Assembly: GCF_003704095.1 (NCBI RefSeq)
Contig: NW_020845065.1
Span: 186,001-250,000, forward strand
DNA: 64,000 bases
Direction: 5' to 3'
From: Pocillopora damicornis
Lineage: Eukaryota
Shown: piece by piece, positions 34,443-47,484 of the stretch
How positions within the stretch are numbered: position 1 is the stretch's first letter
How the letters are laid out: the number at the start of each line of letters is the position of its first letter
The notes under the pieces: generated by a model
Databases searched by the model: none
Told to the model about the DNA's origin: nothing
The model's input: the letters and a program-made list of their open reading frames with translations, nothing else
Made by a program: the position numbers and the translations under genes

Positions 34443-36129
34443 TAGATAAGATTATTTTCACTTCGTATAGCATCTGCTGGTTCTGCCGCTGTAAAGACTT
34501 GTGTTGTAATGGAAACGGAGTTTTTTAATATTGATTTATCTAAGAAACATTTCCTTTTAGTTGTATGAATGAGTATTAGCTATAGTGCCTCTCTGATATG
34601 GCTTGCAAATGTTTTGATCAGAATGTATCTTGTTTTGTAGAAAAACGTTCATCATGTTAATCATTTCACATATGTGTATATGTAGATATTTTTTTTTAAA
34701 GACTTTGGCCGAGCATCGCCGTGAAGTAGAATAAAAAGAATCATTTTTTGTCTCAGTATCTGGTCGTTTCTGATGTAGATTGTGGTGTTTCGACTGCGTA
34801 TCGATCTACATCACAGGTGTTCAAGAGTGGGACGATCATTCACTACGTAGCCGATAAATTTCACAAGTATGATGTATTTTGACATCTAAGCTAGATTTGT
34901 GCAACACAAGCTGCAACTTGATTCTTTATTAAAATAAAATGTTTTTAGGAGAACTGTTGTAGCCGCTTGATATTAAAAGAAAAATTAAAGCCATTGTTCT
35001 TGGTTCCAGTTATTTTCTATTCAACAGCGGAATAAATACCGCTCAAGGGTTAGAGAGACCGTGAACATTCACCCTTAGGCCAAACACGTGACCTTGAAGT
35101 AACAGGATCATTTTGTGTCCTCTCTCCTTCCTTTTTCTTCACGAATATCTCCCCTTCCCCTCTCCTCCCTGGGAATGCCAGAAGAACTCCGCACAATCTG
35201 ATAACTTTACTGCATATCTTTTTATTGTATACTTTATTATGTAAAAAACGTAAAAAAAAAAAGAAGATACATTGGTCAACTATTGGGTCAGCTATATGGT
35301 AAGTTTATCATCGCAGTTTAAGTGAAAAAGTACAAACATCTTATATTTATCAAAATGTTCAAATGCTAGTATATAAGTAGTCCCCAATGGTCTCAAAACC
35401 AAAGCACTGGCTGATGGGAGAAGTAGCTAACGAAAAAAATTAATATCACGTCAAAGATTACCGGCTGCTTTGGAGAGCAAAACCACAATTACCTTAACTG
35501 AGGATGAGACGTTTCTGCATTTTTCTCTATTTCATTTTACCACTGTGGAAAAAAACCGCCTCTTTTTCGAATGCAATCAGCAGATTTATTTTCCTTTTTC
35601 GCGCAGAAAAATTCGCCAGGTTAAAAAATTCCTGCGCTTTCGCCACGTTCCTTAGAAAGGGTGTGGTGTGGAAAAATTCGTTAAGAGGCGTAGTTTTGTT
35701 CGTCGTGTTAATTAACTATGATTAAAGGCCGCTGAACTCAGGTTAACGAATGGAAAAATAGATCCCATCTTTAAAAATGCTTGACAAAATAGTCTCAGTG
35801 AGACACAAACATTTAACTGATAACATGAAGTATTTACTAATTCCAATTCTTATATCAAATTCTACCCATGCAGATAAAAAGTAAAGGGAACTTGCTAAGT
35901 CTTTTTCAATTCTAAGAAACTTTTAATAGGTTTGTAATTTTCCAGCAGTAGAAATCTTTTTCTTTCTTAATTACTAGTCGATTTATTGAAAAAGTAATCG
36001 AACATGAATTTAAAAACTGAAAATGTTGCTGCGTTAATTACATCAAAGCAGATTTGTGATTTTTGATGTGGCGCTGATTCAGAGGTAAAACTTTGCCTTA
36101 TCATCTACTTTACGCTGAAAACTTAATCT

Positions 36130-38193
36130 TTACAACAAACGGGCCCTGACAAGGCTCAGTAGAGTACTTGTTACCGTGACAGGAACACTCGCAAGTATTT
36201 CAAAACCTTTCCCGCCTCGCGCTCCTTTCACCGGACCTTCATTTCCCTCAGTGATGGTAATGTTTCCCTCGGGGCAGAAATCCCCCTCACAACAACTCAT
36301 CTGACAAACGTTGTAAGCGAGTGATTTCTCGCCGTAGTGTTCCGCAAAATGGCCCGAACATAGCTCGAACACACACTCATCTTGAGATGCGCAGCCCCTC
36401 TGAAAACCTGTCTGATTTTCTCCGAGCAATGTGACGAAAACTTGAACAGTCATGTTACGGCAGCGATCTGTTGGCTTTGGACATTCGGTCTTCTTCATGA
36501 ATTGAACACAATCCTCCATGGATACAAGAGAAGTACATTCATAGCACTCGGTGGACATGGCTGATGGAAAGAAAGACAATTTGATTGGTTATATCAACTG
36601 AGTGGCCACCGCTCTGACGAAGAAGAAGTGACTTTTAAAGGTGGCCAATTTACTTTATCAACTCAGTTGATAAGACAAAATTTCTTCTAATACCCTCTAA
36701 CGACTGAAACTTTTTAGGAAACTTACCCTTCATTCATTTGATGGAAAAAGTCCGAAAATACTGAAAGAGCCAGAACTGATACAGTTTCAATTTATGTATT
36801 TAATATCGTCAAGTGAATTACGAGACAAAACAGGCCGGTCACTTTATGATTTCTCTTTTAAATATTTATAGCCTTGTCATAAGGACGTGTCAAACGATAG
36901 TGACAAAATCATATTCAGGGCGGAGTGTTGGCTTCCTTCCTATAAGAAACTATAAGTGGTTAACCGCGTGTGAGGGTTTCAAACTGCAAATTTTCGGGAT
37001 TTCAATGAAATATAACGGAAAGTTCCTTGCTTTCAACACCACTAAACAGGGGTAGCATTAGCTTTTTCTGTGTAACTTTCTCATTGTGTGTTCAACGAAA
37101 CGCAAAATCTTCAATTTCTTTATTTGTTTGGACGACTTTCGGTTTCTGCTTTGTTTTTCTGGGTCACATCAACTGTCTGACTTGTCTCTAGGGCTCAAAA
37201 CCGCCATGAACGTGACAAAATATGCCTTAAGCAAACACGGTCGAACACAAGGTTTGACAAATTTTATAGTAGATTGGTTATCTTACAGAAAAAGTTAATC
37301 ACATCACCGAGTATCGAAGTATTCAAGAAATTTTCTCTCGATTCCTAGGCCTATTCAGAAAAATTATTGTCTTTAGTGACCCAACACTTTAAAAACATTG
37401 CTAATTAATGCACTGTTTGCATGTGGATTTGAACCAAACGAATAGAAATGTAAATTGTCGTAAACTTCTTGTGTACGAAGAGATTTTTTTGCCAACTGAT
37501 GTTTTAATCTCTTCTCAGCGAAAAAGAGTCAAAATCTTGATAAAGATTCCAAGAAAAAACGTAAGTACTTCTAGGTATACCATTTTCCTTTCAGGAAATT
37601 TTTCAAAGTGGTAAAATATCACACAACCTATATAGCGCTGCAATACTAGTTAATATTTCTTTTATTAAAATTCATGGTGACGAAGGCGCAACAATATCTC
37701 ATTGCGGATAGAATTTTACACCAATTTTTTGTCAGAAATAGCGAAAATCAACCGCAGTATGATGCCGAAAGATCCATCGTTTTACGGTCATGTTGTTTTA
37801 ACTCAAAGATGTTTTTAATTTCGAACAGTTGAAAAATAGGTTGTGACAAAGAGTTTCAACATTCAACGTAAACATCATCACCCGCAATACCAAATCATAA
37901 TTCAAACTGGGCACTAAGTCACTTCGATTAAAACTTGTCATCGATCGAAATTTCGACAAGCGTTGTGAAATTTATCAACCAGGCTTAAAATCACCGAAGT
38001 TTGCTCGGGAAATCGGACTAAATTTGAATGTCAAACGATTCACTCCTCAGTCATTGTTATAAATCATAACATCGCACTGTACAATTTATATTTCGCAACA
38101 ATTTAGGACACAAAAACATTCAACCAGAAGAGAACACTCACCAAATGGAGTTGAATATAAAACAAAGAGTGCTCCCAAGGCTATCCTCAGCAT
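36130..38193 (-). CDS. Ly6/uPAR (three-finger) GPI-anchored protein B, 160 aa, 12 Cys
   Basis: Signal exon 38193-38142 (MLRIALGALFVLYSTPF, G|GTGAGT) joined to 36560-36130: TECYEC...EDC...TEC...DRC...FQRGC...DEC...ELC...NVCQMSCCEGDFCP, then a Gly-rich spacer and a hydrophobic C-terminus. Confidence 0.87.
36610..36732 (+). repeat. Second, deleted copy of the hammerhead-bearing repeat, in the intron of gene B
   Basis: CGCTCTGACGAAG core is intact but stem II and GAAA are missing; same downstream body as 34339-34440. Confidence 0.55.
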
Positions 38194-38529
38194 TTTCGGC
38201 CAGACTCCACGACAAAGACTACGAAATAGTGACATCATTCGACCGGAGAAGCAAGAGAACAATAAGTGAGCCTGTCGACTATCTGCATTGCGGTATGCCA
38301 TCAAGTCTGAAGTGCTTCATGCAAATGATACACTGATAAGGAGTTTTAATATTTTTAAAAGGGACAGAAGTGAGCTTTTATTTCGACGACAAGAAGGAAT
38401 AACAAAGGAAAACTAACGGCTCTCGTCCAGCTGGTCAGTTTGAAGACAAGCTGGTTGATTGTTTGATTGATGATACAGTGAAAGCTCGGACGGAGTCAAG
38501 AATGAAGTAGCCGGTCTCGACGAGGTGAT

Positions 38530-38710
38530 GGCTTTTACGGCTAACGGTTAAAATTTTGGCCATTTTACGGCTCACAGTTAACTTGTTTCGTTTTTGATTA
38601 AAAGAAATACGCTTGACAGTTAATTTTCTTTTTACGACTTACCGTCAAAATTTGTCAATTTTTACGCCTAACGGCTAAATCTTTTGGCCTTTTTACGGCT
38701 AGCGGTTAAC
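38530..38710 (+). repeat. Interspersed element with repeated TTTTACGGCTAACGGTTAA motif (~5 degenerate copies)
   Basis: Motif visible at ~38533, 38563, 38630, 38659 and 38690. Confidence 0.7.
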
Positions 38711-39764
38711 TCTATATGCATTGAGCTTCTCGGAGTATGGTATCTTCGAATTTCCTCGGGTGAATGATATATGTTTCGCAGTCTGAGTTTGATGTTATCA
38801 TTTATGAAATTTGTTCTCAACTGCAATTTGTAGAGTTTTAATCTAACAGCGATTGTTTCGAGATACCTTCATCAGTACCAGGGGCTCCTTTACTAAAAGC
38901 TAACTTAGTTGGTTGTCCATGCACTAGCTCGTGATGCAGTTGAAAAAATGAGCGAGTGAACTAAAATTTGTAGGGATCTTCGATGCAGTAACTGAGGCGT
39001 ACAAAGACAACTCTAACCTTCGCTAACATTAAGCTCTCACTAAGAGAAGAAGTCGATATTCTCCCACTTTCCAATCATTTGTATTACCGGTAGATTTAAC
39101 CGTTCCCGCAGACATCGCAAAATACACACTACAGTAAACTTCCTCGCACCCTGAATACCTGGCGAGGGTATAAAAGCTACAGCTATAAAAATCATCCTCA
39201 CAATTTTTGTGGAAAGGAAGACGCTGATGCTTGATCAAGTCACTCTGAACTCGTAGTTTTGCGATTCACTCAGTTTAAACTTATAAAACGAAAGAGGTCC
39301 ATCCACAGCGAGTTGTTAGCCGTAACAAACACAATTTCTAAGAAATGTGCGTGATTTTTGTAATTGCTGCGTGATGCTTTTTTCCTTAATGAAATAGAAA
39401 CGTGTTCTATTAAGAGGTTTTTTTTTCTTGTTCTTGTTTGAAAAGTGTTTGAAATTAAAAGTCGGGATGAAAAGCGAAAAATACAACGAATAAAGAAATA
39501 ACATAAAATAATGGTAATGAAAACTGAAAGCTGAAGACAAGATACTTTATTGCTACATCATTAAATACAAGTTTCCTGAAGCCAAATGAAAACAATTAGC
39601 GAGCTGATTTACTTAAAGTTACTCAATAACTTGGTAGAAATGTTACCAGAAATTTTCGATGAAATTGTTTCGTTTTCGTCAATCTGTTCCCTTACAACCT
39701 ACGTGAGAACAAGCCGAACAACCTGTGTTTTTTGACTGTTAATAATCAATGGCTGGCTGACTTT

Positions 39765-39864
39765 NNNNNNNNNNNNNNNNNNNNNNNNNNNNNNNNNNNN
39801 NNNNNNNNNNNNNNNNNNNNNNNNNNNNNNNNNNNNNNNNNNNNNNNNNNNNNNNNNNNNNNNN
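39765..39864. other. Assembly gap (100 N)
   Basis: Run of N. Confidence 1.
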
Positions 39865-41672
39865 TCCCACGCACTAGCTTCGACAATATTGTATATACTG
39901 GTTACTTGGTTGCTCCTGATAAGATCTATAAACACGTTCTTACATGAGAAGGAGTCTGTTATGTTATTATTTTCAAAAAAATAAATGTTTCAATGCAGGA
40001 GGTGAAAATAATGGTAGCTGATTAATACAAAAAGGTGCTGATGAAATGTTGGTTGCATTTGGTGTTTTTTAGTTCATTTCTGAAAGTGAAAAAGCACCAA
40101 ATAACGACGTGCTTTTTTTCAGTATGTATACTATGCTAAAACCGATGTATTTGACCGAAAAAGGTTTCGTACCGGCTCGATTGCCAACAAAAGATCAGCA
40201 CGAATAGTCGAATAGAACAAAATGACTTGTTTCATGGCAAAGATGTCCTTATATCGAAGCGACTTACCTGAACGATTGGTAAGGAAAAGCAAGATTGCAA
40301 TAAGCAAATTTTTCATTTTGTAGGTCTTCCACGGCTGAGAACTGAGTTGATTTTAGGGAACCTCAGTGAGAAGTTTACCTAGGTATCGGTTTTCTTGTGG
40401 GTAAACTGCAATTTAGTACATTTCACAACAGGCGAAGCTCTCATCTGTTTCCTACAGCTCTCAAAATTAGTTTACCAGCTATTTTGTTTTAACAAGAAAT
40501 TAATTTCTCACAGCCGAGAAAAGCCTAAAGATTTACACTGTAGGATGAAGAAAATCTCAGTGTTTAGAAATTGAATTAGCAATGCACCACTTATTTTATT
40601 GTCAGCGGGTGCTGATTTAGCTTATGTCCTTAAAGACCCCTGTGAAATACTGGAAACACACAAACAAATTAATAACAACATGAGCAACCCACCGACGCGT
40701 TTCATCCTTAACTTGGAGAGTTAAATTAATTGCTTTTTTCAATAATAACTCGCAGCACTAAAAAGCTCTAAATTTCCGGATAACATTGAGTCAAATGAAT
40801 TCTGTTTCAGAAGGTTATTTAAATTTAAAAAAAGCTCAAATTAAGCAGATTAATCAAAAAATGTTGAGTTGCAGTCAGAATGATCACTCATGTCACATAC
40901 GAAAAAAAAATTATTGAGGACTCCTTGTTCAAGAGCAATTGTCAACGAAAAGTTATTGAAGTGTAATTACACATTCAATCTGATTGGTTCCTATCTATGA
41001 TCTATTGAAGACAGAGGCGTTGATGACGTCACCATTGAAAAATGTTTCCTCTTTGCTACATTCCATGTTGCCATGTTGCTCTCCAGAATACTTCGAATGA
41101 AATATGCGTCGCATGTACAATGAGCCAATCATGAGAGACCAGGCCACTTTCAAAATTCCTTCTACATAATCAAACCTTGACTTTGCTCAACTTTTAGAGC
41201 TAGTCCATTCGATATATGATCTTCCAATAAAGACCAAGTTGGTTCTTATTTATAAGTAAATAGCAATATACTTGATATGCACAGACAGTGATCTTTCAAT
41301 CTTTATTTCTGCTTAAAAAATTTTAAATTGCAATCTTGTGAAGCCATGTCACTTTCATGGAACTTACATCAAATGACCCCTGTTTAACGTACCTGAACAG
41401 TAAAAACCATTCATATATTATATATATCAACGAGTAAATTTGATTTACTCTGCATCAAATAGTGTATACCTTCTTTAAAGAGTCGTTGAACAGTAAATAT
41501 GTTTTGCAAGACTTCGATGACTTCAAATTGGAGGATGATCTCAGATTTATGTTCATTTCCAAAATTTTTGTGAACACACGTTGTGTGGACAATTTGAAAA
41601 AAGTAAGTGTGTGCAAACATCGAAAATATGTATTCCGGCTTTGCACCAGCAGTTCATTTTTGAATACTGTTT

Positions 41673-43648
41673 TTAAAAAGGCAGTGAAGTTAGCAAGAGA
41701 AATATTGATAGCAATACGAAAATTTTATGTTTCCTCATTAGTCGACCACCATTAGTGCTTCCGATTTCTAGTTGTATATTAGTTTTTGGCTCGAATTCGA
41801 AGCACTTTTTTGAAGTTTTCCGTCCAGATGATGTCGGTATAATTTTACGGGTGCTTGATTTATTCAAATCTAGTGTTCCTACACGATGGTTGCAACGATC
41901 AGTGGCACAGCATTCCGGGCGGCAGCTGGGCTCTACAAGTAGCCCGGGCCTCTCTCTCCACAGGTGAGTTTTGATATCTCTGCAGGGCTGGAGCGAGTAA
42001 CATTCTCTTTTCGACGAACATTGCCTAAAGATGGAAAACAATTACGCTGCATTATGTTTGGAGATGAAGGGTTTTGACAATGTTATGTACATGAGCTTAT
42101 CCCAGTTTCTGAATGAATGAAGCGACTAGAAATATTGCCATGCTGGCCTCCGGAAGAAATGCCAATCAATGGTAGGCTATCCGGTTGTAACATATGACCA
42201 GGATTCCCCAAAATGTTTTCGATTACCCAGTGGTGAAGAGAGACAGTGTTAGGGTAAAGCGTCCTGCTCACGAACTGTTTCTTTCTACTCTGTCCAAGTA
42301 ATGATTTTAGTTTTTAGAGCGGCGAGGGTACCAAAATAAGTGGCAAATTTACGGGAGGGGCCGGGGAAGGAAGTTGCTCTTTTTCGTGGTTCCTTCCTCT
42401 TTGTTTTCATTAAGTGCCCAAAACACCGCCAGTTTCGCAGATAAGATCGAACCCGGATGTTTAATCTTGAGTTTTAGCGCGCTCAGTATTAGGTAACCAC
42501 TCCCTCACTGATCACTTGTGGTTGGGAGATGAGAATCCTGGAGGTTCTTCTTCTGCAGCAGTAAGGTCTAAATTGCTACTTGAAGGGAAAAGGTAGCATA
42601 TTAAGTTGCGAGTAGCTGGTTCTAGTGCATCATACCTTAAGAACAAATTTGACTTGTTTCCCTTTAAATCTGTCACCGAGGCATTAATACTCATGCAAAC
42701 TGACTCGCTACCTTGTGAGCAGCTCTCAATACTGGAATTTCTCAGACAATTGAATGCTAACAAGGTGGCATTACACTGATGGCATTCTAACGATCTTGTT
42801 CCCTTGATTGTGGCTTTAAATTAAAGAAAAGAAAATTTAAAAAGTGTGAGAAACAGCGAGGAAACAAAGAAACCGGCACTGTTCATTTTCAGACAGATTT
42901 CATCAAACTGACTGGTGCTGGCTTGCATTTCTATCTCATCTATACACTTCAGCTAAGCCTCAGTTGTAATTTGTTACGTAAGAAATAACAGGCAACTTTG
43001 AGCTCTCCAGTTAAATGGCTTATGAAAATGACGTTTATTATTCGATATAAAACGTCAGAACAGAATAATTCAATGAAATGTTGTAATAAAATCTTCTGTC
43101 GGCTTCCCACGGAGGACGAGGCTCAACATTTTGACGAATATATCGTCCGTCCTCCCTTCCTCCGGAAGGAAACGCCGATTATAAACTAATGATAAAAGTA
43201 TAAAATACGACTGCAAAATAAAAGACAGTATGAAATTCTGTGTACTATAGGAAAAAAATCAATACTTTTTAAATAGCATTTTGCTGTACCAGGTTACAAA
43301 CTTGATGATGCAGCGTCGGAGATCATACATTTTTAATACAAAGCTGACAAAATTTAAGCGTCAATCAAATGTGGTTTTTTCTTGTCCCTTAATTTTAGCT
43401 TAAACCGAACACGTTTGCGCAAAAATTTTGCTAAGAAGATCAACCTAACGATAATTTGTAGATTTGGTGCGCAAATGACCTTTCCACGATGATTACACGC
43501 TCATGGAAACGATGATAGACTTCGCACAAGTAAGCTTAGTAACGCATTGAACTTGTTAATCACAATTATATTACGTTTGGAAAATTTCGATCAAAATCAA
43601 ATCCTTACCTGTTGTTAGAATAACGAGTGTTAGAAAATGAGGATCCAT
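41673..43648 (-). CDS. Ly6/uPAR (three-finger) GPI-anchored protein C, 189 aa, 12 Cys plus one stalk Cys, 3 coding exons
   Basis: Exons 43648-43609, 42813-42636 and 42024-41673 (phases 1 and 2). MDPHFLTLVILTTATIKGTRS-LECHQC...FNC...ESC...SVC...FLRQC...REC...QPC...PSCRPECCATDRCN; omega-like NGG then KIFVLLSIFLLLTSLPF. A splice acceptor 12 nt upstream of the ATG implies an additional 5' exon. Confidence 0.87.
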
Positions 43649-44604
43649 CAGTTCCAATCCCTAAAACAAGAAGTGGTTACGCATTGAGAAACAATTTGTT
43701 TTTACGAAAACCAGGTCTCTAAAACGGATATCATTTCATAATTTTTCCATAAAGTGAACGGAATCCAACAGAAAGTTTTGAGGGTACAGTATTACAGTTC
43801 TATCGACGAAATACTTCAAAATCACCTCGTGAATTACTTGTTAGCTCGTGTTGTTTCACTTCGCTCTAATCAGCTGTGTCTCCTTGCGCCAAGAGCAGTA
43901 TAGAAATTTTTCATAGGCAAGTTTGTGTACGAGTAATTTTAAAAATTATAAAATACGCCTTCAGGTGTGTAAAGCTCTCTGCCAATGTTTACGCCCCCAA
44001 ATATTCAACCAGACTAACAGAAGCGTACTTCAGTGCGAGAAAAAGACTGCTCTTGAGGCGTCACAAAAGATTATCCGGCTTATCTTAAAGCTTAAAACTG
44101 CACTTCCTTCGCTGCATCTCAATGAAATTTTAATGAACTCAAGTAAGCTCAAACGTAGAGTCGGGTAAATCTTTCTGTCAACAAAAATCACATCTATAAT
44201 GTCTTTAGCTTTTACATTATTATAGCGATATTTTCCGTGCTATAACTAAGAATTTCAGGCATTATTTGTGTCTCACGAAGAATTTTCCACATGGAGACAA
44301 ATAAATTTGACAAATTATTTTGATTTCATCATCATTTTTATTTGAAAACAATGTCTGTGGTTTCATTACGCTTATCCAATACATTTTTGCTTTTTATCTG
44401 TCATTTATTTTGTGGTTGTACTGTGTTTTAGACTAATTAACTTAATCCCTGTACTACATTTTTTATCATTCTAATGCCTTTGTTGGTATGTTGTAAGTCC
44501 CCGAATTACCTAATTGATAAATTTCATTAAGAAAGATGTTGAAAACATCTTAGTGCCAGCTCAAAATTAAGAAGTTTGTTTACGAATGGCAGTAGAAGGC
44601 TTGT

Positions 44605-45165
44605 GAATATAAAAGCGACCTTCGCGGTAATGAAAACTACTTGAGCAGTGATGAAAATAAGGCCTGAAAAAAAAATTCAGGCCTGTACGGGATTTGAATA
44701 CATGACCACAGCGTTACTGGTGCAGCGCTCTACCAACTGAGCTGACCAGCCAACTGGGAGCTAGATATTATGTTGATTCTATATAAACCTGTAAAGAGGT
44801 GAATAAATGACTGAGCTAACAAGCCGACTGGGAGCTGGGAACATTATGTTAGTTCCAAATAAACCCGTGAAGTGATGAATAAATGACTGTAAATATATGA
44901 AATTCACAAATTTGAACTGCGGATAAATACGTGAATATGAAAGCGATCTTCGCTGTAATGAACACCACTCGAGCAGTAAAGAAAATAAGGCCTGAAAAAA
45001 ATTCAGGCCCTTTGTACGGTATTTGAACCCATGACCTGTGCGATACCGTTGCAGTGCTCTACCAACTGAGCTAACAAACCAACTGGGAGCTGGTCATTAC
45101 TATGTTGATTCCAGATAAACCCGCAATGTGATGAATAAATGACTGTGAATATGCCATATACTACA
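44605..45165 (-). mobile_element. Two tandem copies of a tRNA-derived SINE-like repeat
   Basis: The minus strand shows A-box TAGCTCAGTTGG and B-box GGTTCAAATACC in a tRNA-like head. Units are ~44610-44935 and ~44935-45160; the first has an internal partial duplication. Related fragments occur at 10730, 24310 and 57110. Confidence 0.78.
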
Positions 45166-46004
45166 ATTGCGGAAAAAAATAGCATTTATATTTTCAATTT
45201 TGGGTGATGTATTTTGCTCTTCCTGTCCCCTTTTCCTCTTCATTTGTCAGTCCTGTGACATTTTTCCCAGGAAAACACACTTTGTTATATTTGGACGAAA
45301 TAGACGAAACAATATGGAGAAAAGAAGGGTGTTTGTTTGTTTGTTTGTTTTTTTCTTAATGTGAGGAATTGATATTCTAGGAAGTAATGCCTATGAACAA
45401 ATTGTCTCAACAGGGTTTTTCCGCAATTGTAGAGTCATGTATGATTTAACACACCTACCCAACGTTCGCCACAAGACACCAGAAAAACCAGGAGACGGAG
45501 AATTTTTTTATCCACTTGAGGTTCATTCATATCTTAGTCCAGTTTTACTCTATGAGAAATGAAATTGAGGGCCAGGCAAGTTTCAGCAATATTTCAATAT
45601 TCCCAGATTCATTCCCCTTCATCATATTTATATTGTCTAAGCCAAAACCTGTTTTATAGAAAAAACTGGCAAGCAATGCGTATAAAAAGGAAATGTTCGT
45701 GATTTTCGATAGACTCAGTAAACTTAAAGCAAAACATTAGATAACTGAAACGATTATAGTAAAACAAAACAATTAGAATATCGGTCATCTTGGAAAACAA
45801 AATTGAACAAGTCTAAACAAGAATTCCTTTAACAAAATTTATTTCTTTACCCGGGCCAGTTTCAATAATAAGCTGCTACGTATCACAATTGCTCTTTGTC
45901 CAAGTACAATATTGAATATTATTCCTCAAAATCGTAGTTCGAGGGACTAAGCTGGGAAAGGGCGAGTCTCCCCGTAATTCATATTTATTGTACAGCGTCT
46001 TAAC

Positions 46005-46081
46005 ATTCCTCTTAGCGCCTTAAAATTCCTCGTAGCGCCTTAAAATTCCTCGTAGCGCCTTAAAACTCCTCGTAGCGCCTT
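46005..46081 (+). repeat. 20-bp tandem repeat (ATTCCTCGTAGCGCCTTAAA) x ~4
   Basis: Directly visible; there are no spacers between units. Confidence 0.9.
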
Positions 46082-47216
46082 TTATGCAGGTTAAGACATC
46101 CTTTAACCAAATAAAACTGATACAGAAAGCAAGTATGCGGAGGGAGTGGTAATAATGCCATTCCCATCCGTTTTATTCCGCGCCCTCCTCTCCTGAAAAA
46201 GTTCCTGTTTACACCACAAATATACCGCAAGATAGTTGATGTCTGATTTGATATTCTTTATCGTCCGACCGCTGGCGCCGAAATTAAAATATTGAATACT
46301 CAATGTCAAATCGATGATTTCCTACTTGGTTGATTTACCTTTGCCGAGGTTCAGACTGTATTAGGCCAGAATTCAACATGATGATCAAGCAGGAAGTGAG
46401 AGGCATGGAGACAACAAAATATGGGTATGTATGAAGGGCTCACAATTCCACTAGAAATTCTTCTGAAGTTATTCTCGATCAACATCCGGACACATAATTA
46501 CGTGCTAGGTGGTCAGTTATTGACAAATTGTTCAACAACCTGGGAGTTTTTGTTGCATTCATTCCGTTATTTCATTGTTAAAACTTAAATCAAGGCTGTT
46601 AAATTCGATTTAATCTTGCATGTTCCCTAGATATGTACATCTGAGAAAAAATTGGTTAGACTTAATACAAAAGACAAAACACCCTTTCGCTGAGGAAATG
46701 TATTCGGGTTCCTCTGGCCTTTCAAAAAGAACGTTAATAAGTTCGATTTAAAAAGACTATCAGAACTTGTTATAAACTTAGATTATAGATATTTTAAATA
46801 CAACGTCGACGTGATTAAGACCATTTACTGACACACACGGCTAGATTACCGTAGTTATAATCCTCTTCGCCAAATTGAGAAAAATAATTGACTTGAGTGT
46901 TATTGTCCAGATTGAAGTCAAGTAGAAATCGGTTCTTCTTAGTTTTACATGCGAGACTTGAATTATATTTCATAGTAAACATATCTGGTGAATTCACTTT
47001 TGACTTTCACTGCTTAATGAAGACAAAAAATGAAGAGGAAGTAATCATAACTGATGCAGCGAGGCGAAATAACTACTGATACCCATTTTCAAAGAAACAT
47101 GTCACACACAAAAAAGCCCGCCTTGTTTCCTGGTCAACCTTTTATAAACTTTTAAATACTGTAAGGATGATTTTATATATAAGTAAGTTATGTTCTGGTT
47201 ACATATAGGTCAACGT

Positions 47217-47427
47217 TTTACCCTTAACACCTTATAAATAGTATCCACATTCTCCAGTCTCTCATCTTTACAATCCTTATGGTACTGATATCGAGAATTT
47301 ATTTTACAATCAGAGCTTCATAGGTTAGTGATCATTTTCGTTATCCTCATAATCTTAAAAAGTGAATTAGCCTTATTACAGAAAGGAGAAATTAGATGCT
47401 GATCACCCCTTGGGTTTAAAGTGTTAA
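47217..47427 (-). mobile_element. piggyBac-like MITE, diverged inverted copy just 3' of gene D
   Basis: TTTACCCTTAACACC...GAGAATTT...TGATCATTTT...AGGAGAAATTAGATGCTGATCAC...TTTAAAGTGTTAA. Confidence 0.6.
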
Positions 47428-47484
47428 TAAATCTCACTGTAACAGAATTAACATTCCATCAACATTCGGCTGAATCGTATTAAG

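Noticed and set aside
41024-41031. Third TGACGTCA palindrome
   Set aside because: It is not near a start codon; it lies downstream of gene C within what appears to be an interspersed repeat.
44686-45090. tRNA genes (A/B boxes, GGT-like anticodon loop)
   Set aside because: The acceptor stems are poor, the two copies differ at structural positions, and both sit inside a longer interspersed repeat, so they are SINE-derived.
46005-46081. CRISPR-like short repeats
   Set aside because: The 20-bp units are contiguous with no spacers, the context is eukaryotic, and no cas genes are present.
46338-46406. Short minus-strand ORF with a donor (MPLTSCLIIML...) as another signal exon
   Set aside because: The hydrophobic core is weak and the donor is phase 2, incompatible with the phase-1 LU exons. 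At most it is a 5' UTR exon of gene C.
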